Assembly (NCBI GenBank): GCA_964202905.1
Contig: CAXNJO010000006.1
Span: forward strand, 288,001-352,000
Source of the DNA: Polyangiales bacterium
Lineage (GTDB): Bacteria > Myxococcota_A > Polyangia > Polyangiales > JADJQN01
Length of the DNA stretch: 64,000 nucleotides
Reading direction: 5' to 3'
The translations under genes and the position numbers were made by a program. The notes below the pieces were generated by a model that saw nothing but the letters and a program-made list of their open reading frames with translations, ran no database searches and was not told the origin of the DNA. Positions 1-8,958 of the stretch are shown piece after piece. The first letter of the stretch is position 1, and the number at the start of each line of letters is the position of its first letter.

Positions 1-757
1 CGTCCCACGTCGTGATCCACGGGTGCTGGCGGTGCGCCTCACGGAGATCCGCGTCGAGGCGGTAGTGGGCGTAGCGGCGGCGGTAGTCGTCGAGCGAGAC
101 GATCTCGGTCGGCGGATCGTAGTCGCGCACGGTGCCGTAGCTGCCGCTGGCGTACTCGTAGATGTAGTCGCCGAGGTGCAGGACCGCGTCGAGGTCGAGG
201 CGCCGCGCGATCTCGCGGTAGCCGAGGAAGTAGCCGTGCGCGTAGCTCGAGCAGGAGGCGACGGCGAAGCGCAGGCGCGAGACGCTGCCCGAGGGCGCCG
301 TCTTCGTGCGGCCGACCGGGGAGAGGTCGCTGCCCGCGCGGAAGCGGTAGTAGTAGGTCGTCGCGGCGGAGAGGCCGGTGGCGTCGACCTTCACGGTGAA
401 GTCGCGCGCGGCGCGCGTCGTGAAGCTGCCGCTCGCGACGAGCGTCGCGAAGCCCGCGTCCGGCGCGACCTCCCACGCGACCATCACGTCGCCGGCGCTC
501 GCCGGGTCGGCGGGCGTGTAGCGCGTCCAGAGGATGACCGCGTCGGCGAGGGGATCGCCGCTCGCGACGCCGTGGCGGAAGGGGCCGGTGGGCGGAGGCG
601 GGCCCGCGTCGGGCTCGCCGGCGTCGGGCGCGCCGCCGTCCGCGGGGCCCGCGTCGGGCATCGGGGGCGCGGCGTCGTCGTCGCCACAGCCGGGAATCGT
701 GGCGGCGAGACTGAGCGCGCCGGCGGCCTTCAGGATGTTGCGGCGGGTAATCGTCAT
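1..757 (-). CDS. phoD: Alkaline phosphatase D family protein, Tat/lipoprotein signal; 3' end runs off window
   Basis: Not in ORF track (no stop in window). Hand translation from ATG at 757: MTITRRNILK...IPGC, FRHGVASGDPLADAVILWTR, DFTVKVDATGL, YYYRF, GRTKTAP, FAVASCSSY, LHLGDYIYEY, HPWITTWD = PhoD motifs. Confidence 0.93.
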   Translation of the reverse strand, partial: MTITRRNILKAAGALSLAATIPGCGDDDAAPPMPDAGPADGGAPDAGEPDAGPPPPTGPFRHGVASGDPLADAVILWTRYTPADPASAGDVMVAWEVAPDAGFATLVASGSFTTRAARDFTVKVDATGLSAATTYYYRFRAGSDLSPVGRTKTAPSGSVSRLRFAVASCSSYAHGYFLGYREIARRLDLDAVLHLGDYIYEYASGSYGTVRDYDPPTEIVSLDDYRRRYAHYRLDADLREAHRQHPWITTWD

Positions 758-903
758 GGGCCGCGATTGTGAACACAACGCGCGCGTTTGGGAACGGTGC
801 GGCGACGCCGTGGCAGAGCCGTCACCGATCATGTCCCAGACGTCGTCCGCGCGGCGCGCCAGCGAAAAGCGACGCGCCAGTGGAATCGGGCGAGCGGCGT
901 CGT

Positions 904-1830
904 TCAGACGCCGACCGGGTGCCAGACCGTCTTCATCTCGAGGAAACGCTCGACGAAGCCGAGGCCCTGCCCCGCGCGCTCGTCGCGGAGCGCCGCGATC
1001 GCGGGCGCGCCGTGCGTCTTCACGCGCTTCACGCTGCCGGCGCCCTCGCGCTCGACGAGCGTGCGCAGGTCGGTGTCCGCCGTCCACGCGTCGAGCGCCT
1101 GGACCTCGCGGTGACGCGCGAGTTGCGGCGCGAGCTCGCTCGCGCGGCCCGTGAGCACGTTGACGACGCCGCCCGGCAGGTCGCTCGTCGCGAGGCACTC
1201 GCAGAAGACGATGGCGGTGCGTGGGTCGCGCTCGCCGGCGACGACGACGGCGGTGCTGCCCGTCACGATCGCGGGGAGGATGGTCGAGACGAGGCCGAGC
1301 AGCGCGGGCGACTCGGGCGCGACGATCGCCGCCAGGCCGACGGGCTCGGGGAGCGTGAAGCCGAAGTGCGGCCCGGCGACGGGGTTGTGCGACGCGACGA
1401 GCGCCGAGATCTTGTCCGCGAGCCCCGCGTACCAGAGCGCGCGATCGACGCTGAGCTCGACCTCCGCGGCCGCCTCCTGCGCGCTCGCGCCGGCGCGCAC
1501 GAGCGAGGTCGTCAGCTCGGCGCGGCGCGCCTCGAGCATCTCGGCGAGCCGGTAGAGGATCTGCCCGCGGTTGAAGGCCGTGCGTGCGCTCCAGCCGTGC
1601 AGCGCGCCCTTCGCGGCGAGCACGGCGTCGCGCACGTCCTTGCGCGAGCCGAGCGGGATGTTCACGACCTCGGTGTCCGCGCTCCCCGTCGTCATGCCGC
1701 TCACCTGGTAGTACCTGCCCGACTCCGAGCGGATGAACGCGCCGCCGACGTACATCTTGTACGCCCGCGGCACCGTCAGCCGCGCCCGCTGCGTGATCGA
1801 GCCCGCGCCCTCGTTCGCCTTGTTCGCCAT
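904..1830 (-). CDS. Short aldehyde-dehydrogenase-like protein (Rossmann-type half, no catalytic domain)
   Basis: ATG at 1830 (MANKANE), 2 nt after the upstream ALDH stop; YKMYVGGAFIRSESG, RKDVRDAVLAA, NRGQILYRLAE, PGGVVNVLTG, KTVWHPVG; no LELGGK or catalytic Cys. Confidence 0.85.
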   Translation of the reverse strand: MANKANEGAGSITQRARLTVPRAYKMYVGGAFIRSESGRYYQVSGMTTGSADTEVVNIPLGSRKDVRDAVLAAKGALHGWSARTAFNRGQILYRLAEMLEARRAELTTSLVRAGASAQEAAAEVELSVDRALWYAGLADKISALVASHNPVAGPHFGFTLPEPVGLAAIVAPESPALLGLVSTILPAIVTGSTAVVVAGERDPRTAIVFCECLATSDLPGGVVNVLTGRASELAPQLARHREVQALDAWTADTDLRTLVEREGAGSVKRVKTHGAPAIAALRDERAGQGLGFVERFLEMKTVWHPVGV

Positions 1831-1832
1831 GT

Positions 1833-3383
1833 TCAGCCGACCTCGACGTAGGCGGAGAGACCCTGGCGGCCGCCCTCGCGACCGAACCCGCTCTCCTTGT
1901 AGCCGCCGAACGGCGACGCGGGATCGAACTTGTTGAAGGTGTTGCCCCAGACGACGCCGGCCTGGAGGCGCTGCGCCATCCAGAAGAGCTTGGCGCCCTT
2001 GTCCGTCCACACCCCGGCGGAGAGGCCGTACATCGTGTTGTTCGCCTTCTCGATCGCCTCGTCCGGCGTGCGGAACGTGAGGACCGAGAGCACGGGCCCG
2101 AAGATCTCCTCGCGCGCGATGCGCGACGAGAGCGAGACGCCGGTGAAGAAGGTCGGCGGGAAGAAGAAGCCCTTCTTCGGGAGCGGGCAGGGCGAGGACC
2201 AGCGCTCGGCGCCCTCGGACTCGCCCGCGGCGACGAGCTCGCGGATCTTCTCGAGCTGCATCTTCGAGTTGATGGCGCCGACGTCGGTGTTCTTGTCGAG
2301 CGGATCGCCGACGCGCATCGTCGCGACGCGGTCACGCAGCTTGCGCACGACGACGTCGTGGACGCTCTCCTCGACGAGCAGCCGTGAGCCCGCGCAGCAG
2401 ACGTGGCCCTGGTTGAAGTAGATGCCGTTGACGATGCCCTCGACCGCCTGATCGAGCGGGGCGTCCGCGAACACGATGTTCGCGGCCTTGCCACCGAGCT
2501 CGAGCGTGAGGCGACGACCCGTGCCCGCGAGCTCGGCCTGGATGCGCTTGCCGACATCCGTCGAGCCGGTGAACGCGATCTTGTCGACGCCCTTGTGCGC
2601 GACGAGCGCCGCGCCCGTGGCGCGCGCACCGGTGACGATGTTGACGACGCCGGGCGGCAGATCGACCTCCTCGCAGATCTTCGCGAGCAGCAGCGCGGTG
2701 AGGGGCGTGGTCTCGGCGGGCTTGAGCACCACGGTGTTGCCGCACGCGAGGGCGGGCGCGATCTTCCACGCGGCCATCAGGAGCGGGAAGTTCCACGGGA
2801 TGATCTGCCCCGCGACGCCGAGCGGGCGGACCGGCCGGCCGTGGAAGGCGAGGTCGAGCTTGTCGGCCCAGCCCGCGTGATAGAAAAAGTGCGCCGAGGC
2901 CATCGGGACGTCGAAGTCGCGCGACTCCTTGATGGGCTTGCCGCCGTCCATCGTCTCGACGATCGCGAACTCGCGGGCCTTCTCCTGCAGGGCGCGCGCG
3001 ATGCGGTAGAGGTACTTCGCGCGTTCGCGGCCGGGGAGCTTCGACCAGACGTTCTCGTAGGCGCTGCGGGCCGCGCGCACGGCGGCGTCGACGTCGGCCG
3101 CGTCGGCCTCGGCGACCTCGGCGAGGACCTCCTCCGTCGCGGGGTTGATCGTCGGGAAGTACTTCTTCGAGAGCGGCGCGACCCAGCGGCCGCCGATGAA
3201 GAGCTCGTAGCGCTTCTGCAGGCGGACTTGCTCGGTCGACTCGGGCGAGGGCGCGTACTCCCAGAGCCCGCCCAGGCCGAGGCCGAGGTCGGGCGCGCCC
3301 TCCGCGGCGGTCGCAGCGGCGGGCTTCTTCGCGGGATTCGCGGGCTTGTTCGCGGTCTTCGTGGGCTTCTTGGGCGTGGCCAT
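1833..3383 (-). CDS. Aldehyde dehydrogenase (likely acetaldehyde oxidation downstream of DeoC)
   Basis: IIPWNFP, LKPAE, FTGST, LELGGK (catalytic Glu), GHVCCAG (catalytic Cys), EEIFGPV, PFGGYKESGFGREGG. Confidence 0.95.
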   Translation of the reverse strand: MATPKKPTKTANKPANPAKKPAAATAAEGAPDLGLGLGGLWEYAPSPESTEQVRLQKRYELFIGGRWVAPLSKKYFPTINPATEEVLAEVAEADAADVDAAVRAARSAYENVWSKLPGRERAKYLYRIARALQEKAREFAIVETMDGGKPIKESRDFDVPMASAHFFYHAGWADKLDLAFHGRPVRPLGVAGQIIPWNFPLLMAAWKIAPALACGNTVVLKPAETTPLTALLLAKICEEVDLPPGVVNIVTGARATGAALVAHKGVDKIAFTGSTDVGKRIQAELAGTGRRLTLELGGKAANIVFADAPLDQAVEGIVNGIYFNQGHVCCAGSRLLVEESVHDVVVRKLRDRVATMRVGDPLDKNTDVGAINSKMQLEKIRELVAAGESEGAERWSSPCPLPKKGFFFPPTFFTGVSLSSRIAREEIFGPVLSVLTFRTPDEAIEKANNTMYGLSAGVWTDKGAKLFWMAQRLQAGVVWGNTFNKFDPASPFGGYKESGFGREGGRQGLSAYVEVG

Positions 3384-3399
3384 GGGGTCCTTCGCGCGT

Positions 3400-4302
3400 T
3401 CAGTCTGCGGAGAAGTCGGCGCTGGCCTGGTAGAGGCCGGTGCGCTCCTTCTCCAGCTGCATGAGGACGTCGTTGAGGAGCGCGCTCGCTCCGAAGCGGA
3501 ACAGATCGGGGTCGAGCCAGGCGTCGCCCAGCGTCTCCTTCACGATCACGAGGTAGTGCAGGGCCTGCTTCGCGGTGCGCACGCCGCCCGCGGGCTTCAT
3601 GCCGATGCGCTTGCCCGTCGCGTAGTAGTGGTCGCGGATCGCCTCGAGCATCACGAGCGTGACGGCCGGGGTCGCGGCGGGCTGCACCTTGCCCGTCGAG
3701 GTCTTGATGAAGTCGGCGCCGGCGGCGATCGCGAGGTCCGAGGCGTGCCGCACGACGTCGTAGCTGCCGAGCTCGCCCGTCTCGAGGATGACCTTGAGGT
3801 GCGCGTGCGCGCAGGCCTCCTTCGTGGCGGCGATCTCGTCGTAGACCTTGCGGAAGTCGCCCGCGAGCATCGCGCCGCGGTCGATGACCATGTCGATCTC
3901 GTCGGCGCCGAACTCGACCGCGCGCCGCACGTCGTCGAGCTTGAGCGGCAGCGGCGAGAGCCCGCTCGGGAAGGCGGTCGCGACGCTCGCGATCTTCACA
4001 CTGCTGCCGCGCAGCGCCTGCTTCGCGACGGGCACGAGGTTCGGGTAGACGCAGACGGCGGCCGTCGGGCCGATCGACGGATCGCGCGCGAGCGGGAGCA
4101 GGGCCTTCGCGCAGAGGGCGCGCACCTTGCCGGGGGTGTCTTTCCCCTCGAGGGTGGTGAGGTCCATCATGCGGACCGAGAGCCGAAGCCCGGCGACCTT
4201 GGCCGCCTTCTTCAGCGAGCGTTTGGCGAGCGAGGCGGCGCGCTCCTCGACGGCGACCTGGTCGACGGCGACGTGCCTCGGGAGGCTGTCAGATGGGTGC
4301 AC
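3400..4302 (-). CDS. deoC: Deoxyribose-phosphate aldolase
   Basis: MMDLTTLEG, AAVCVYP, ASVATAFPSG, GADEIDMV, LKVILETGEL, GADFIKTSTGK, GMKPAGGVR, FRFGASALL; probable GTG start at 4302 (upstream part of the 833-aa ORF is shadow). Confidence 0.95.
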   Translation of the reverse strand: MHPSDSLPRHVAVDQVAVEERAASLAKRSLKKAAKVAGLRLSVRMMDLTTLEGKDTPGKVRALCAKALLPLARDPSIGPTAAVCVYPNLVPVAKQALRGSSVKIASVATAFPSGLSPLPLKLDDVRRAVEFGADEIDMVIDRGAMLAGDFRKVYDEIAATKEACAHAHLKVILETGELGSYDVVRHASDLAIAAGADFIKTSTGKVQPAATPAVTLVMLEAIRDHYYATGKRIGMKPAGGVRTAKQALHYLVIVKETLGDAWLDPDLFRFGASALLNDVLMQLEKERTGLYQASADFSAD

Positions 4303-4421
4303 GGCCGCGAGGCTATCATCGATGCGCGGGGGAATTTCGCGCTTTTTGCGTGCCGCGACGCCCGTGCGCGTGGACCGACGCGCCGCCGCGGACGGCGCCG
4401 TTCGCGCGGGGATCGGCGCGT

Positions 4422-5765
4422 TCAGTCCGCGAGCGCGGCGAGCGCGGTGCGTGCGACACGCAGCGCGTAGCGCGGGCGGTAGTGGTACGAGAGGTACGCC
4501 CACTCGCGGAGCGCGCGGATGCGCTCGGCCGTCAGGTGCGCGTGCGCGAAGGTCGGCTCCCAGCCCGTGTGCGACTCGGGCGCGGTGAGGCGCATGCGCG
4601 GGGCGGCGTGCTCGGCGAGGGTGGTGCCGGGGTACGGGGTCGCGACCGTGAACTGCACCGCGAAGGTGTCGAGGCGCTTGGCCCACGCGACCGACGCGCG
4701 GAACGTCGCCTCGTTGTCGTCCGGCAGGCCGAGCATGAAGTTCGCGACGACGCGCACGCCGACCGCGTGCGCCGCCCGGACGACACGCTCGATCTGCGCG
4801 GCCTCGGGCGGCTTGCGGTGCTCGCGCGCGAGCATCGCGCGGTCGACGCTCTCGACGCCGATCTCGAGCGAGCGGAGGCCCGCGCCGTGGAGCTCCGCGA
4901 GCAGGCCCGCGTCGAGCCGATCGGCGCGCATCTCGGCGCTGAACCGCACGCCGAGCGGACGCAGCCCGCGGGCGAGGGCGCGCACCCGCGCCGCGTCGAG
5001 GTTGAAGAGCGGATCGCGGAAGGCGATCGCGCGCGCGCCGAAGCGCTCCACGAGCGTCCGCACCTCGGCGACGATGCGGTCCGGGTCGCGCTCGCGGAAC
5101 GGCGCCGTCGCGCGCCACGGGCAGTAGCCGCAACCGAAGGCGCAGCCGCGCGCGCCGGCGACCGGGAGCGTGGTGCCGCGCGCGAGGAACGCGTAGCGGT
5201 AGCGCGCGATCGGGAAGGCGGACCAGTCGGGGAAGGGGAGCGCGTCGAGGTCCGCGACCCAGCCCGCCTCGACGATCCCGCGCAGCGACGGATCGAAGAG
5301 CGACGCGCCGAGCGCCTCGGGCTCGCCGCGCACCACGACGTCGGCGACGTCGGCGTAGAGCTGCGGCCGCGCGGTCGCGAAGGCGCCGTACGCGATCGTG
5401 CGCACGCCGCGCGCCGAGAGCTCGGCGAGCACGGCGCGCTCGGCCGTCGCGTCGACGATCGAGGTCTGCACGAGCGCGAGGTCGAGGTTGGATGGGACGG
5501 GATCGTGCCGCGCCACGCCGCGGCCGCCCGGAGGCGCGGGGATGCGCCGGAGCTCGCAGACGCGCACGGTGTGGCCCGCCGCGCGCGCGGCCTGGGCGAG
5601 GTGCCCGGCCGTGACGGGGGGCAGCTCCGCGACGTGGGTCTTCGCGCGCTCGAGCAGCCGCGCCGGGAGCGACGTGCCCACGCGGAACACGGTGCCGTAG
5701 CCGCCCGCGACGTCCTTCAGCGTGCACTCGGCGTGCGAGAAGACCGTGACGAGCGCGACCCGCAT
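4422..5765 (-). CDS. Radical SAM protein, B12-binding/class-B-like architecture
   Basis: RGCAFGCGYC (CxxxCxxC), VRGEPE, DLDALPFPDW, IGVES, FMLGLP, TPYPGT. Confidence 0.85.
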   Translation of the reverse strand: MRVALVTVFSHAECTLKDVAGGYGTVFRVGTSLPARLLERAKTHVAELPPVTAGHLAQAARAAGHTVRVCELRRIPAPPGGRGVARHDPVPSNLDLALVQTSIVDATAERAVLAELSARGVRTIAYGAFATARPQLYADVADVVVRGEPEALGASLFDPSLRGIVEAGWVADLDALPFPDWSAFPIARYRYAFLARGTTLPVAGARGCAFGCGYCPWRATAPFRERDPDRIVAEVRTLVERFGARAIAFRDPLFNLDAARVRALARGLRPLGVRFSAEMRADRLDAGLLAELHGAGLRSLEIGVESVDRAMLAREHRKPPEAAQIERVVRAAHAVGVRVVANFMLGLPDDNEATFRASVAWAKRLDTFAVQFTVATPYPGTTLAEHAAPRMRLTAPESHTGWEPTFAHAHLTAERIRALREWAYLSYHYRPRYALRVARTALAALAD

Positions 5766-5815
5766 CGGACGGGTAGCCTAACGCGCGCGCCACGCCGCGC
5801 CACGCCTCGGCGTCG

Positions 5816-5844
5816 TTGACTTCGCGGGGGGCGGCTCGCAGCAT
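5816..5844 (+). promoter_or_regulatory. Possible sigma70-type promoter for the TPR/glycosyltransferase gene
   Basis: TTGACT-N17-CAGCAT in the divergent intergenic region; the -10 box is a weak match. Confidence 0.3.
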
Positions 5845-5949
5845 CGCGCGGGCATGACGACGGCGCAGGCGCCCGCTCCCGTCCCACACACCGGGCCGCA
5901 CCGTGGCGCAGCGACGCGCGCTGCGCGGCGCGGGCCGGGGGCGTAGGCG

Positions 5950-7771
5950 GTGGCGAGGCCGCCGGATGCGCGCACGCAGCGCGACCTCGCGCAGGCCGGC
6001 GGGGCCCGGCGCGCGGGGCGCGTCGCGAGGCTGAGGCGCGTCGCTCCGCGCGCTCCTGCGCCGGGAGCCGCGCAGCGCACCCGCGTGGCTCGTGCTCGCG
6101 AAGACGCTCGCCGCGCAGGGGGATCCCGCGGGCGCCGAGGCGGGCTACGCGCGCGCCATCGCGCTCGACCCGGGCGGGCTCGAGCCGGGCGCGCTCGACG
6201 CGCGGGTCAACCTCGGCGTCGCGCTCGCCCGCCGGGGCGCCGCGCACGAGGCGGCCGAGCACCTGCGCGCCGCCGCGCGTCTGCAGCCGGAGCATCCGCT
6301 CGTGCTGCGCAACCTCGGGGGCGTGCTCCGCGCGACGGGCGCGCTCGAGGAGGCCGTCGAGGTGCTCTCTCGCGCGCTCGCGCTCGACGCGTCCGACCCG
6401 GGCGCGCACACCAACCTCGGGCTCGCGCTCTCGGCGCTCGGGCGGCACGCGCAGGCCGTGCCCCACCTCGAGCGTGCGGTCGCCCTCGCGCCGAACGAGC
6501 CCCTCTATCACGACAATCTCTTGTTGCTGATGCACTACGATTGCTCTTGCAGTGCAGATGCGATATTCGCCGCGCACCGCCGCTACGGGGCGGCGATGGC
6601 CGCGCACGTCGCCCAGCTCCCGCCTGCGCCCGCGGCCCCGCTCGCGGGGCGCCGCCTGCGCGTCGGCTTCGTCTCGGCCGATCTGCGGCGGCACTCGGTC
6701 GCCTTCTTTCTCGAGCCGCTGCTCGAGCACGCCGATCGCGCGCGCGTGTCGCTCCACGCGTACGCGTCGTCGCCCGTCGCGGACGAGGTGACCGCGCGCT
6801 TGCGGCCGCACTTCGACGTCTTCCGCGAGGTCGTCGCGCTCGACGACGCGGCGCTCGCCGCGCAGATCCGCGCCGACGCGATCGACGTGCTCGTCGACCT
6901 CGGCGGGCACACGCAGGGCAACCGTCTCGGCGTGTTCGCGCGGCGCCCGGCGCCGGTGCAGGTCACGTACCTCGGCTACCCGAACACGACGGGTCTCGCC
7001 GCGATGGATTGTCGGATCACCGACGCTTGGGCCGATCCGGGCGCCCGCGCGGACGCGCTGCACACCGAGCGCCTGCTGCGCCTCGAGACGGGCTTTCTCT
7101 GCTACCGCCCGCCCGCGGAGAGCCCCGACGTCGCGCCGCCGCCCTCGAGCCTCGGGCACCCACCCACGTTCGGCTCCTTCAACGCCCTCGCGAAGCTCTC
7201 GGAGCGGACGCTCGCGCTGTGGGGCCGCCTGCTGCGCGAGACCCCCGAGGCGCGCCTGCTGATCAAGCAGGGCTTCCTCTCGGATCCCGCGAGCCGCCAC
7301 GCCCTCGAGCGGCGCCTCGCGGCGCACGCGCTGCCGCTCGACCGCGTCGTCCTGCAGGGCCACGTGCCCGCGGTCGAGGGGCACCTCGCGGCCTACGCGC
7401 AGGTCGACGTCGCGCTCGACCCGTTTCCGTATCACGGCACGACGACCACGTGCGACGCGCTCTGGATGGGGGTGCCCGTCGTGACGCTCGCGGGCGACGC
7501 GCACGTCTCGCGGGTCGGCGTGAGCCTGCTCTCGCGGTTCGGCGCAGGGGCTCAGATCGCCGAGACGGACGACGCCTACGTCGCGAGCGCGCGCGCGCTG
7601 CTGCGCGACGAGGCGCAGCGGGTGGCGCTGCGGGCGAGCGCCCGGGTGAGGCTCGCCGAGGCGGGGATCACGGGCGGCGCGTCCGTCGCGCGTGCGCTCG
7701 AAGAGGCGCTCCGGGCGGCCTTCGAAGCGCACCTGCGCGGCACGGTGCTGTCGGCGGCGCCGGGCGCGTGA
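5950..7771 (+). CDS. TPR-containing SPINDLY/O-GlcNAc-transferase-like glycosyltransferase (GT41); first TPR frameshifted
   Basis: ORF 6092..7771 has TPRs then LRVGFVSADLRRHSVAFF, IDVLVDLGGHT, RPAPVQVTYLGYPNTTGL, TFGSFNALAK, DVALDPFPYHGTTTTCDALWMGVPVVTLAG; TPR-like sequence (..EAE..LRALLRREPRSAPAW) continues upstream across frame changes near 6025-6040; start uncertain. Confidence 0.85.
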
Positions 7772-7789
7772 TAGATCGCGGCCCGCTCG

Positions 7790-8893
7790 ATGTCCGACGC
7801 GCGCGAACCCACGACCCCCGCATCGCGTCGCCGGCCGAGCGGCCTGCTCGTCGCCGCGCTCGTGGTGGCGCTCGTCGCGGGCGCCGCGGTCCTGCTCGCG
7901 GGCCGCGCGCTGCCGGGCTGGGAGACGCTCGAGCCGGAGCTCCGTGATCGCGGGGACGTCCTCTTCGTCGGCGGCGAAGACCTCGAGCGCCTCGCGAGCG
8001 GTCGCACGCGAGCGCGCCGCGCCGCGCAGGTCCCGGGGGCCGCGGCGGCGCTCGCCGGGCGTGACGGGCGCGCGCTCTCGGACGCCCTGCGCGCAGCGGG
8101 GATCGCGCGCGTCGTCGTCGACGCCCGCGGGACGGGCGCGTCGGTTGGGTCCGGCGTGGGGCGCGGGCAGCCGGTCGCCGAGCGGCTCCGTGCGCTCGGG
8201 CACGTCGACGGGCTCGCGGCGCGGCTCCTGTCGCCGGTCGCGGGGGTCTACGAGCCGGTCGAGCCGCACGGCGTCTCGCCGCAACTCGGGGATGCGATGG
8301 CGCGCGTCGCGCGTGAGCTGCTGGTCGGGGCGCGGGCCCCGCGGATCGGCTCGTTCCCGGAGTCGGTGCGGCGCGCGCGCGGATTCGTCGAGGTGTTGTT
8401 GATCGTGCGCGAGGGTGGCACCGCGAAGCTCTGGCGTTCGGCGCGCAGCGCGTCGATCGCGCGGGGACTGCTGACGGCGGCGCAAGCGGCGCGCGCGCGC
8501 TGGGGCGAGCGCGAGCAGGCGCTCGGCGGCCCGATCGAGAGCGCGCTCGCGCGCTGCGACGTCGAGCTCGCGCTCCTCGAGGAGGACGGCACGCTCGCGG
8601 AGGGCGCGGCGCCGTTCGTGGATCGCGTGGTCACAACCGTGCACGGCGTCGGCTACGAGCGGCGCGGCGCGTGGCGCTACCACCTCCCCGAGCAGGCGCA
8701 TCGGCGTGCCCGCGCCACGGGGACCCGCGCGTTCGGCGCGCTCTTCGACGAGCACGGCGTCGCGCGGAGCGAGGGATTCGCGAGGCGCAACGTGCGCCTC
8801 TACCGGCTGGTGGTGACGCGCCTCGGCCGCTCGGGGGCGCCGGCGACGAGCGGCCTCGCGGAGCCCGGCGGGGCCCCGCCCGCGGCGCGCTGA
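7790..8893 (+). CDS. Membrane-anchored hypothetical protein, C-terminal region AMMECR1-like
   Basis: N-terminal TM (LLVAALVVALVAGAAVLLAG); DVELALL...HGVGYERRGAWRYHLPEQA...VRLYRL resembles the AMMECR1 fold pattern (recognition only). Confidence 0.55.
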   Translation: MSDAREPTTPASRRRPSGLLVAALVVALVAGAAVLLAGRALPGWETLEPELRDRGDVLFVGGEDLERLASGRTRARRAAQVPGAAAALAGRDGRALSDALRAAGIARVVVDARGTGASVGSGVGRGQPVAERLRALGHVDGLAARLLSPVAGVYEPVEPHGVSPQLGDAMARVARELLVGARAPRIGSFPESVRRARGFVEVLLIVREGGTAKLWRSARSASIARGLLTAAQAARARWGEREQALGGPIESALARCDVELALLEEDGTLAEGAAPFVDRVVTTVHGVGYERRGAWRYHLPEQAHRRARATGTRAFGALFDEHGVARSEGFARRNVRLYRLVVTRLGRSGAPATSGLAEPGGAPPAAR

Positions 8894-8958
8894 CGGCACG
8901 GCGTGCGCGGTGTGCGGCGCGCCCCGCGGGTGGCGCGATCGTGATATTTCTGTGCCCG

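Noticed and set aside
4303..5901. Long N-terminal extensions of deoC (833 aa), and likewise of lysA, copA, the ArsS-like gene and the dead ATPase, as fusions
   Set aside because: The extensions overlap other real genes in different frames and have shadow-ORF composition.
5854..5946. 30-codon ORF right after the putative promoter as a leader peptide
   Set aside because: No distinctive content; may be a frameshifted 5' part of the TPR gene or chance.
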